Assembly (NCBI RefSeq): GCF_004010195.1
Contig: NC_057752.1
Location: 1,317,036-1,363,762, forward strand
Length of the DNA stretch: 46,727 nucleotides
Direction of reading: 5' to 3'
Origin: Chiloscyllium plagiosum
Taxonomy: Eukaryota
The notes below the pieces were generated by a model that searched no databases, was not told where the DNA came from, and saw nothing but the letters and a program-made list of their open reading frames with translations. Of this stretch, positions 22,927-33,319 are shown in pieces (the first letter of the stretch is position 1; each line of letters begins with the position of its first letter). Made by a program: the position numbers and the translations under genes.

Positions 22927-25900
22927 CTGAAAAGGAAATGACACAGCAGCTAATAGAGTCGACCTCGCACTTACAGGAAGATATTCAACAACCATAAAAT
23001 GACAGGCCCCCCCCTTGTTCCTTTCTAAACACTGCCCTGCCCCACCCTCCCCACCCCCATAGTACACATCAGTTCTGAGGTAGCTTGCAAGCAGAGGTGA
23101 CAATGAGGTCCCCTCCTGGAATGAGCTCAAATCCGTGGAAAACAAGCAGTAAACAGCGATGATGCGAGGAGACCGTCTCTCAGTGGGTTACAACAACAAC
23201 AACCAGCAATCAGAGAGAGACATTCTCAGCTACACAAACCTGGGGGAATCAACAATGCCTTCCAGCGCATCTCCTCCACTTCCTGCACCTTCACCCTTGA
23301 ACCCCACCCCTCCAACCTCAACAAGGATAGAACCCCCCTGGTCCTCACCTTCCACTCCACTAATCTCTAGTCAGACCCCACCACCATTTCCCTCACCACC
23401 CCTATCTGCATTCTGCAGAGACCATTCCCTCTGTGACTCCTTCCTTAGGTCCATGCCCCACCAACCCTCCACTCCTGGCACCTTAACTTGCCGCTGCAAG
23501 AGGTGTAAAACCTGCGCCCACACCTCCCCCCTCACCTCCGTCCAAGCCCCAAAGGATCCTTCCACATCCAGCAGAGATTTTCCTGCACATCCAAACATCT
23601 CACCTACTGTATCCGTTGCTCTCAATGTGGTCTCCTCTACATTGGAGAGACAGGACACCAACTCACAAAACGTTTCAGAGAATATCTCTGGGATACATGA
23701 CCAACCAATCCCACTACCCTACTTCAACTCCCCCTCCCACTCTGCCAAGGACATGTAAGTCCTGGGCCTCCTCAACCACCAAATCCAAGACACCCAACAC
23801 CTGAATGAAGAACGCCTCATCTTCCACTTTGGGAACCTCCAACCGCACGGCATCAACATAGTCTTTACCAGTTTCCTCATCTCCTGTCCCCCAACTTCAT
23901 CCCAGAACCAACCCTCTGACTCAGCACCACCCTCTTGAACTGTCCTACCTGTCCATCTTCCTACCCACCTATCCACTCCACCCTCCTCTCTGACCTATCA
24001 CTATCGCTCCCCACTTGCATCTGCCTATCGCCTTCCCAGCTACTCTTCCCCCAGCCCCATTCCCACCCTCACCCTTTTATTTATCTCTCAGCCCCGCTTC
24101 CCACATTCCTGATGAAGAGCTTATGCCTGAAATGTCGACTCTCCTGCTCCTTGGATGCTGCCTGACCTGCTGTGCTTTTCCAGCGCCACACCACTTTGCG
24201 ACTCAGTCCACCCACCAGTCAAGATGCCACAGTTGGTAAGGGCAGTGTGGCATTGAGCTGTACAAACATGGGTCAAGTCTTGCATTCAATGCCCTGCGTT
24301 GACTAATCTTAACCCTAACTGGCCTCACCCCAACTGGTGTTGTCCAGGGCTTCCAAGAATAAAGGTTAGGATGTTCAATCATTGACTGACCAGGGAGAGT
24401 ACTAACCCAGAGTATGAGCAGAACACCCAACCTCTTTGTTACTCACATCATTTTGCATTCACCCACTGGGAGGATGCCCTCTCTCATGCCACTTGCTGAA
24501 CTGTGCCCAATTTCTGACCCTCAGAACCAGAGCGGTGTTGGTACTGTCAGGCTGAATACCTACACTTTGCCAAGTAATTCTGTCCGTAACTCTCTCGGAC
24601 CTCAGGAGAAAGTCTGTCCCAGAGACGCTGCAGGTCATTCTCGATGCCTGCCAGGTTCGTCACAGCTGTCTTAAAGAAGCCAGGCTCGATGATGCAAACC
24701 TGGATGCCAAAATGATGCATGTCCCGCCTAATAAAACACAATGGGAATGTAAGTGAGCAGGAAAACTCATAGAATGTTGTATTACAAGGGGACCTGAATG
24801 GAAGAGTAGGGAGATTACACTTAGGTTGTGTGTACAGTAGTGGACACCGTACTGATGGAAGGTTGTTAATGCGTTGGAAGCAGTTCAGAGAAGGCTTATG
24901 AGACTAATCCCTGGAACAAGTGGATTGCCTTATGAGGAAAGGCTGGACAGGCTAGGCCTGTGTCCTCTGGAGTTTAGAACAGTCAGAGGTGACTTAATTG
25001 AAACATATAAAATTCTGAGGGGGATTTGACCAGGTGGGTGTGGAAAGGTTGCTTCCTCTTGTGGGAGAATCGAGAACTAGGGTCATTGTTTTAAAATTTA
25101 AAACGGAGATGAGGAAACGTTTTTCTTCTCTCTCAGCAGACTGTTCTGAAAATCCTTTTATCGATTCATGTGCACTTTGGAACAGCTATTTGCACTTATA
25201 TGGCACCTTTAAATGCAGTGCAAAGGTTCCAAGATGCTTCACATTCTGTGCTACTGGTCAGGTGACAGAGAGGTCAGTTTGCAGAAGGAAAGTTTTACTG
25301 GAGGGGGGGGCGCGATTCTGGAGAGGAGGGTCTCAGCAGCTGAAGGCGTGGCCGGGGCGGGGTGTGGGGGGGAGTGATAAACATCAGAGAGCCTCCAAGA
25401 GGCGTGAGCTGGTGCAGTGCGGAGATGCAACGCACCCCGCATATCACCACAGTCCTCATCGGAAACTTTACCCTGGCACCTCACTCAGTCCCGCAGTGTC
25501 GGCCCCAGTTTGGGCTCAATTCACCCAAAAGCAACTTGAGAACGCGACGTCCCGACAGAGCCGCATGAGAGGGGGACTGGACTGACACCATCCCAACTGT
25601 GACAACGGCCTTTACCCAATCAGCAGTAACAGGCAGAATATTTGACCGGTTTTAGTCATTCAGGAGATGTGGACATCCTTGGCATTTATTGCCCATCCCT
25701 AATTGCCCCAGATGGGTAGTTGAGACTCAGCCCTGTTGCTGTGGGTCTGGAGTCACATGTAGACCGGGTAAGGGTAGCTGATTTCCTTCCCTAAGGGATA
25801 TCACTGAACCAGTTGGGTTTTTACTCCAATGGACACTGGTCACCTTTAGCCTTGATGTGGAGGGGCCGGTGTTGGACTGGGATGGACAACGTTAGAAATC

Positions 25901-28900
25901 ACACAGCACAGTGGTATAGTGGTCAGCACTGCTGCCTCACAGCGTCAGAGACCCAGGTTCAATTCCCGCCTCAGGCGACTGACTGAGTGGAGTTTGCACA
26001 TTCTCCCCAAGTCTGCGTGGATTTCCTCCGGGTGCTCCGGTTTCCTCCCACAGTCCAAAAATGTGCAGGTTAGGTGAATTGGCCATGCTAAATTACCCGT
26101 AGTGTTAGGTGAAGGGGTAAATGTAGGGGAGTGGGTTGCAGGTCGGTGTGGACTTGTTGGGCCAAAGGGCCCGTTTCCACACTGTAAGTAATCTAATCTA
26201 AAAACCACGTTATAGTCCAACAGGTTTATTTGGAAGCACGAGCTTTCAGAGCGCTGCTCCTTCATCAGGTAATTGTGGAGCAGGATCATAAAACACAGAA
26301 TTTATACCAAAAGTGTCATGCAATTAAAACGATATATTGAATCCAGGTTTGTTCAATATATCATTTTAATTGCCTGACAATGTTATTTGTTTGCTATAAA
26401 TTCTGTGTCCTATGATCCTGTCCCACTAGTTACTTGATGAAGGAGCAGCGCTCTGAAAGCTAGTGTTTCCAAATAAACCTGTTGGACTATAATGTGGTGT
26501 TGTGTGATTTTTAACTTTGTCCACCTTTAGCTGAGCTTTTTATTCCAGATTGCTATTGAATCACAAAGTGACCGTTCGCCTCAGAGGGATTTGTACCCAG
26601 TCCTGAGAACATTAGCGTGGGGCTTCTCAATTACTGGCCCCACCATGCCACGGCCCGAAACAAAACTGAAAGTGAACCATCATGACAACTCAGGTCCCTT
26701 GAAAGGTTTTGGTTTGTCGACATCGAGTACATGTAATGAGGCGGGTCAGGCTGCTTTTTTGATGAAAGTTTCTGCCCTTTGGTGTGGTTTAGGAATGACA
26801 GGCGTGCAAAGACTTTCTCGTCTGACTGCGCAAGACAGAAGTGAACAGGCGTGGAGAAGCTCACCTCAGACTGTCGGAGAAAGACTCCACACCACATTTG
26901 GAGAGGCAGTACCCACCCCCAGCAAGCGATATCCTGCCCAGAATACTAGCTACGTTCACGATCCGGCCCCTGGCCTTCTTCACCAGTGGGAGGAAGGTCA
27001 GCGTCACTTCCATCAATCCAAACAAATTCACATTCAGCACTTTTAAATAATCCTCCATCTTCATCCATTCTGTTGGACCAATGGGAATGGCTCTCCCGGC
27101 GTTGTTGACCAACCCCCATAGGCCTGTCAGGGAAAGGGGACAACATTTTGAGGAAACAGCAGGATTTGGAAATATAACGGAAGCAAAACATTGAGGGAGC
27201 TGGCGATCTGAATTACAAACAGAAGTTGCTGGAGAAACTCAGTCGGTCTGGTAGCATCTGTGAAGACAAAAAAGCCAGAGTTCACCTTTCGACTCCAAGA
27301 TGACTTATTCAGAATGGAAATGTGGAGGAAGGATCATATTAGACTCAAAATGTTCTCTCTGTTTCTCTCTTGCTGCCAGACCTGTTGAGTTTCTCAGGTT
27401 TCGCAATGTACTCACTTGTCCCTTTTTCATCCTGTTATCAGCTCTGCTTCCCCAGCCCCTTGTCGCCAAATAACAAGCAACTCACACGGAATAGTGATTT
27501 GAACAAAGCTTTCGAGGTGTTAAGGATAACAGCCAGGGAAGATTGTCAAAAACTACTTCCAGAATTTGGACACTCTGGGACGAGGGGCTGCAGCCAGGCA
27601 TTTCAGGAGCAGAATGAGGAGTTACTGATGAGGAGAACCATCTTCACTCAGGGAGCTGGGAGCCTGTGAAACTCTCTGCCACAGAAAGCAGTTGTGGCCA
27701 AACGAATAAATCTTTTCAAGGAGGAGTTCAATATTGTTCTTAGGGATAAAGGGATCAAAGGGTATGGGCAGAAAGTGGAAACAGGGGACTGAGTTGGATG
27801 ATCAGCCATGATCAGATTGAATGGCAGTACAGGTTCGAAGGGCCGAATGGCCTACTCCTATTCCCAGTTTCTATGTTTCAATGTTTCCATCCAAGTGAGG
27901 TGGAAGTTTGGAACTCTCTTCAAAGAAATGATAGACGATCTGATTGAAACATACAAGATTCTGAGGGAGCTTGACAGGGGTGGGGTGGGGAGAGGTTGTT
28001 TCCCCTTGAGGGAGTCTAGGACCAGACGGCATCATCTCTGAATAAGGGGTCACATATTTCAGCAGAGATGAGGAGGAATGTCTTCTCCCAGAGGGGAGTG
28101 AATCTGTGGAATTCTTTACCACAGAGGGCTGTCGAGACTGGGTCATTCAGTATGTTCAAGGCGGAGACAGACAGATTTTTAATCAGGGAAGGGAATGAAG
28201 GGTGTGTGGGGGAAAGGCAGGAAAGTGGGTTTGAGGATGATTGGATCAGCCATGATCCCATTGAAGCTTTTTGCCAACTTGTTTCGCCTGTCAGTACCCC
28301 TCTGCAGACTCTCTGTGTCCATCCTCACCACTTGCCTTCCCACCTATTTTTGTCGTATCTACAAACGTGGCTACAGTACATTTACTTTCCTCATCCAAGT
28401 CATTAATATAGTTTGTAAATAACTGTGGCCCCAGCACTGATCCCTGTGGCACTCCACAAGTTACAGGTGTCATCCTCAGAAAGCACCCCACTGCCCCCCC
28501 CCCACCGGGCGGCACGGTGGCACAGTGGTTAGCACTGCTGCCTCACAGCGCCAGAGACCCGGGTTCAATTCCCGCCTCAGGCGACTGACTGTGTGGAGTT
28601 TGCACGTTCTCCCCGTGTCTGCGTGGGTTTCCTCCGGGTGCTCCGGTTTCCTCCCACCATCCAAAGATGTGCAGGGTTAGGTGAATTGGCCATACTAAAT
28701 TGCCTGTAGTGTTAGGTAAGGGGTAAACGTAGGGGTATGGGTGGGTTTCGCTTCGGCGGGTCGGTGTGGACTTGTTGGGCCGAAGGGCCTGTTTCCACAC
28801 TGTAATCTAATCTAAACCCCTTATCCAAACTCTCCGTCTTTTATTAGTTAGCCAATCCGCGATTTGAACAAAGCTTTCGAGGTGTTAAGGATAACAGCCA

Positions 28901-31610
28901 GGGAAGATTGTCAAAAACTACTTCCAGAGTTTGGACACTGGGACTAGGGGCTGCAGCCAGGCATTTCAGGAGCAGAATGAGGAGTTACTGATGAGGAGAA
29001 CCGTCTTCACTCAGGCTAAAATACTACCCCAGCACCGTGGGCTCTGGCCTTATAAAGGAGCCTAATGTATTGTCCTTTACCTTCTGACAATCCAAATATG
29101 TTACATCCACTGCCTTCCCCCTTTACCTATCCTGTTTGGTAGCTCCCCAAAGAACCTGAATAATTTTCTCAGGCATTATAGAACATTCCAGCACAGTACA
29201 GGCCCTTCGGCCTTCAATGTTGCGCTGACCTGTGAAACCAATCTGCAGCCTATCTAACCTACACTATTCCATTTTCATCCATATGTCTATCCAATGACCA
29301 TTGAAATGCCCTTAAAGTTTGCGAGTCTACTGCTGGCAGGGCTTTCCACGCCCCTACTACTCTCTGAGTCACTACCCTCTGACAGAAGAAACCTCTCCTC
29401 ATCTCTGTCATGAAAGGGCAATCCCTTACTTGGAGACAATGTCCTCTGGTTGTACTCTCCTGCAATGGGAAACAACCTTTTTGCACTTACCCTGTCACGT
29501 TCCCTAAGAATCCTGTCCACACAGTTAACCTGCCTGTGTCCCTCTGCGGATCCCTTGTGTCAGGTCCCCAGTCCAGAAGCACAAGAATCTGTGATTAGAA
29601 CACTTTATGATCCCATGCCAACTCTGCTTGATCTTACAATGTATTTCGAATGCTCTGCTGTTACAATAGACGTGAACATTTTCCCCGAGACCAGGCGTTA
29701 AGCTAACATCAACAAACATCTGGAATGCAAGAAAATGTCAAGTGGTTGTAACGTCCTGCTGTCCACGTGTGTCCTTTGAGCTGCAGTGCTCTGCAGGCTC
29801 TGGTAATTCCGATCATTTGGACGTTTGGAAAGCCCAGAGAAGATCCCCATTGACGACCTCAGTGGGCTTTCTACCAATGGTCGGGCAACGCTGAAGCCAC
29901 CTCTTGTGGAAATCAGAGGAGATAGGAAGACCTCAAGTCACAGAGTCATGGAGATGTACAGCATGAAAACAGACCCGATTTCCTAACCTAAGCCAGTCCC
30001 ATTTACCAGCACTTGGCCCATATCCCTCCAAACCCTTCCTATTCCTATTCCTATTAGGAGTGGCACGGTGGCTCAGTGGTTAGCACTGCTGCCTCACAGC
30101 ACCTAGGATCCAGGTTCAATTCCAGCCTCGGGTGACTGTCTGTGTAAAGTTTGCATATTCTCCCTGTGTCTGTGTGGGTTTCCTCTGACTGCTCTGGTTT
30201 CCTCCCACAGTCCAAAGATGTGCAGGTTAGGGTGGATTGGCCATGTAAAATTACCCATAATGTTAGGTGCATTAGTCAGAGGGAAATGGGTCTGGATGGG
30301 TTACTCTTCAGAGGGTCTGCGTGGACTTGTTGGGTTGAAGGGCCTGTTTCCACACTGTGGGGAGTCTAATCTAATCTATTCATATCCCCATCCAGATGCC
30401 TTTAAAATACTGTCATTGTACCAGCCTCCACCACATCCTCTGGCTGCTCGTTCCATACACGTACCACCCTCTGTGTGAAAAAAGATGCCCCTTAGGTCTC
30501 TTTTAAATCTTTCCCCTCTCACCCTCAACCTATGCCCTCTAGTTCTGGACTCCATCCCAACCCTTTTTTTTCTAGAAAACCATTTTCTTGCCAACCCACC
30601 TCCAAACCTGCCCCCCACAAAGTGCTGGGGGAACTCCTCTGGGGAACATCAGGCAAGCCTCCGACTCCTGGTGATTGGAAGGCAAAGTGACCGAAGGGGG
30701 CTTTGCCTGTGGTCGCTCGCTGCAGCACCCCCCTGTGTTAAATGAACAGGCCTTCTCCTTGAAGGTTAACCTAAAAGTCCACACATTAAAAGTTGACGGG
30801 TAGAGCCCGAGTGTCTCTGGAGAAGGAGCACGCGGTGTCCACCGACACCCTGGAGTTGTTCAGGGAGAGGTGGGTGTCACAGGGAGTGGAGTGCATTATT
30901 TCCCCCTCCAATTCTATTTTGATTTAATCCCTGCCCTCCCCTTCACTGTTTGATCACACAGCATTGCCCTTTGATGTGAAGGGCACTGCTTGTCACTGGC
31001 CACTCGGGTGTTTCCTTTCTTTCTGATGGTGGGAATTGAATAAAGATTTGTGCACCTTGTGTCTCTCACACCTGAACAAAAAAAAGACAAGAGAGAAAAA
31101 AAATAATCAGGAGTGCCAGATATCCTGCTCACACTGAGAGCTGCCTCTGAGGGAGCTGGATCAGTGTGGAAGTGAAGGGCTCTGCTCTTTTCCCTATGCT
31201 AAAGAAAGGAGACAGGACTGATTCTCTGTCCTCGCATTAAGGAGGAGTTTATTTTGAAGAAGAAAAAATCAAAGCTGACAGGTACCTTTCTCTCCCACCT
31301 CTGCCTGAACCCAGTCCGCTGCCTTCTGTATGCTGCTACAGTCAGTCACATCCAGGAGGATGGCTTTCAGCATGGACGCGTTGCTGCTCTGGAGGCCGTC
31401 CACTCCTTTTTGGGTCAGGCAGCCAGCGAGGACGCGGAACCCTCGCCTCTCCAGGCGCTTTGCCAGGAGGTTGCCGAAGCCCGTGTCACAGCCGGTGATG
31501 AAGACAAACTTGTCTTTGACCTGCCCGACTTCCTGACGGTCTCGGTGGAGCCACCAAACGGTGAGCAGAGCAGCAGCAGCAGCAGCAGCAGCGAGGAGGT
31601 ACACCCACAT
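22703..31610 (-). CDS. RDH5: Retinol dehydrogenase 5-like short-chain dehydrogenase/reductase (SDR9C family); spliced CDS join(31610-31286,27123-26865,24727-24564,22926-22703), 323 aa
   Basis: Exons of 325+259+164+224 nt join in frame with GT-AG sites. Motifs: TGCDTGFG (TGxxxGxG), LLDVT, LVNNAG, VNVAS, YCLSK (YxxxK), [28 protein letters not shown]. The C-terminal [20 protein letters not shown] and RDMHHFGI segments resemble RDH5 more than RDH16/HSD17B6 as I recall them. Family is secure; orthology needs a tree or synteny. Confidence 0.85.
23255..24195 (+). mobile_element. Penelope-like retroelement 3' fragment (decayed GIY-YIG endonuclease plus terminal module, family A)
   Basis: Frameshifted peptides: [65 protein letters not shown] (YIG at 23638-23646), [17 protein letters not shown]. 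Ends in the CTGATGA...GAAA module. Confidence 0.85.
24109..24136 (+). ncRNA. Degenerate minimal hammerhead ribozyme motif (family A) at the PLE end
   Basis: CTGATGA-A-GAGC-TTAT-GCCT-GAAA-TGTC. The consensus from sister copies is CTGATGA-A-GGGC-TT(T/A)T-GCCC-GAAA-CGTC. Confidence 0.6.
24564..24727 (-). CDS. RDH5: RDH5-like coding exon 3
   Basis: Acceptor tgtgttttattAG at 24729-24728; [24 protein letters not shown]...SYGQNYLAK; donor T|GTAGGT at 24563; 164 nt. Confidence 0.95.
24860..25130 (+). mobile_element. CR1 fragment in an RDH5 intron
   Basis: tatgaggaaaggctggacaggctagg...agaggtgacttaattgaaac. Confidence 0.75.
25908..26203 (+). mobile_element. HE1-type SINE nested in a family B element
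   Basis: Head, V-domain and (AATCT)n tail. Confidence 0.88.
26240..26268 (-). ncRNA. Minimal hammerhead motif (family B), intact core on the RDH5 sense strand
   Basis: Minus strand reads CTGATGA-A-GGAGC-AGC-GCTCT-GAAA-GCTC. Confidence 0.65.
26865..27123 (-). CDS. RDH5: RDH5-like coding exon 2 (NNAG, catalytic Ser and YCLSK)
   Basis: Acceptor tcccctttccctgacAG at 27125-27124; (G)LWGLVNNAG...[18 protein letters not shown]; donor AG|GTGAGC at 26864; 259 nt. Confidence 0.95.
27215..27400. mobile_element. Family C inverted-repeat element
   Basis: ttgctggagaaactcagtcggtctggtagca versus tgctgccagacctgttgagtttctcag. Confidence 0.5.
27496..29520. mobile_element. Cluster of CR1 fragments on both strands
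   Basis: [12 protein letters not shown] (+) and [14 protein letters not shown]...FVDTTKIGG (-); several 3' tails. Confidence 0.8.
28508..28815 (+). mobile_element. HE1-type SINE, young (CpGs retained)
   Basis: ggcggcacggtggcacagtggttagc...gggttcaattcccgcc...(taatc)n. Confidence 0.92.
29940..30555. mobile_element. CR1 3' end (-) interrupted by an HE1 SINE (+, 30059-30375)
   Basis: CR1 resumes after the SINE; ctatt is present on both sides. Confidence 0.85.
30797..31055 (+). mobile_element. Probable Tx1/L1-group LINE 3' end
   Basis: 30802-30927 reads [41 protein letters not shown], like Tx1 ORF2 C-termini as I recall them; AATAAA at 31039-31044. Confidence 0.5.
31286..31610 (-). CDS. RDH5: RDH5-like coding exon 1 (membrane anchor plus Rossmann TGCDTGFG)
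   Basis: ATG at 31610-31608, [16 protein letters not shown]...VGEKG. Donor AAG|GTACCT at 31285 (phase 1). Upstream acceptor tcttgtttcccctcAG at 31630-31629 leaves 18 nt of 5' UTR. Confidence 0.93.
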
Positions 31611-32206
31611 GGAGTCCGTTTGAAGAGGCTGAGGGGAAACAAGACCAGATCGTAAGGAAGAGGGACCCGCTCACAAGTTCACAGCACAAAATCACACTCG
31701 TTAGGCAAGGTGGGGTGGGGGGTGCCATTTTAAGGTTTCGAAGGCATTGAAGGAAAATGGCTCCCCCCCCCAGAGGGTGGTGGGGGTCTGGCTGGGTGGG
31801 AAAGTGCCAATATTCACTCATACATTCAAGGCCTTGGGCCTAATGCAACAAAGTGGTGTTAGTGTAGATTCTACAGTATGATTCTATCATCATTCTCCTT
31901 TTCCATGGAATACTCCATAGAAGCTGCCCCAAAAAGGCCTACTTGGCCAATGCACCCCTCAGCGTACCCCCTGAGACCTCCAAACCAGCAGAGGTCCCCA
32001 GATTGAGCCCTGCTCTGCCCCCAAGAAATGAAAAGCTCCCTCCGGTGTGGGAAGGCATCGGCATCTTGTGCGACTACAGTTTGCAAAAGCATTTGAACAG
32101 ACTTCAAAGGCAAGCCGAAACATAGAAAACGTAGGGTCCAGCATAGATGGCAAAGATGCCTTAGATAGATCCCCATCTATCTAAGTATCACCTAACAGAT
32201 GAACTA

Positions 32207-33030
32207 GGGAGGCCATGGTTAGTAATGTTACTGGCTCCAGTGCTTCAGAACTCCCAGGGGTGGCTCAGTCATTAGCACAGCTGCCTCACAGTGCCAGGGA
32301 CCTGGGTTCAATCCCACCCTCAAGCAACTGTCTGTGTGGAGTTTGCACATTCTCACTGTGTTTATGTGGGTTCCCTCCCTCAGTCCAAAGATGTGCAGGT
32401 TAGGGGGGGATTAGCCATGGTATGACGTCCAGGGGTGTGCGGGCTAGGTGAGTTAGCCAAGGGAGATGCAGGGTTACTGGGATAGGGTGGGTCTGGGTGG
32501 GATGCTCTTCAGAGGGGTGGTGTGGGCTCAAATGGGCTGAATGCCCTGCTTCCACACAGTAGGGCATTCTATGATGATTCTAATGACCTGGGTTCAAATG
32601 GCCAGGAGAACATGAGGACTGGAGATCAGAGTGGAGAGTGTGGTGCTGGAAAAGCACAGCAGGTCAGGCAGCATCCGGGGAGCTGGAGGATTGACGTTTC
32701 GGGCATAAGCCCTTTATCAGGAATGCCTGAAATGTTGATTCTCCTGTTCCTCGGATGCTGCCTGACCCGCTGTGCTTTTACAGCGCCACACTCTCGCTTC
32801 AAATACCCACCGTGGCAGATGGCGAAAGTGAAATTCATTCCACCCCATCTGGGTTCACTAATGTCCTTCAGGGAAGGAAAGTGCTGTCCTCATCTGGTCT
32901 GGGCCTACTGTGTGAGTCCAGACCTACAGCAATGTGGTTGACTCTTAAAATGCCCCCTGGGCAATTAGGGATGGGCAATAAATACAGGCCTAGCAGCAAT
33001 GTCAACATCCCATTAACAGCTTTAAAAAGA
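32207..33030 (+). mobile_element. tRNA-head SINE (third family) hosting nested HE1 (about 32258-32580) and PLE-A insertions
   Basis: Body ggttcactaatgtccttcagggaaggaaa...cagcaatgtggttgactctt; tail gggcaattagggatgggcaataaat. Relatives at 22285-22425(+), 25670-25840(-) and 13700-13935(+). Confidence 0.7.
32600..32797. mobile_element. Family A inverted-repeat PLE module in a SINE B box
   Basis: Inverted arms; minus-strand core ctgataaagggcttatgcccgaaacgtc; 7-bp direct repeat TTCAAAT at 32593-32599 and 32798-32804. Confidence 0.75.
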
Positions 33031-33319
33031 AGTGCTTTATTTTCCCCCAAAGTAAAGGTTGGGTAGCTGTTTCATTGAGCAGTGATTAAGATCCAGAATT
33101 GGCAGAAAATAGGATATAGGACATTCTTGTCTAGTTTAAATGCAGCTTCCGAGATTGGGATGAGTATATCCGGCAGACAGTGAAAGTGACATCAAAAAAT
33201 CAAATCAGAGAGGTTCTGTATAAAATCATCCCAGACCCCATCTATCTAAGTATCACCTACAGTATGAACTTACATAATTGGTGTCTTGGAGAAACAAGAT
33301 AAAACAGCAAAGATTGCAA

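Larger units (their letters stand above)
25851..26521. mobile_element. PLE-type family B inverted-repeat element, with an HE1 SINE nested in the left arm
   Basis: Arms about 26207-26340 and 26351-26495 are reverse complements, each with a hammerhead-like core. Flanking direct repeat CACCTTTAGC at 25841-25850 and 26522-26531. Confidence 0.75.

Noticed and set aside
27625..27631. CTGATGA here, at about 28988 and at about 16231 as further hammerhead cores
   Set aside because: No paired stem II followed by GAAA downstream.
28508..28580. tRNA genes at SINE heads (also 44930-45000, 44715-44775, 4850-4910, 36372-36445)
   Set aside because: A/B-box-like motifs run into repeat bodies and I could not build full cloverleaves. 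They are treated as tRNA-derived SINE heads.
31254..31655. 133-aa antisense ORF with poly-Ser
   Set aside because: It is a shadow of RDH5 coding exon 1; the Ser run is the reverse of the GCT repeat.
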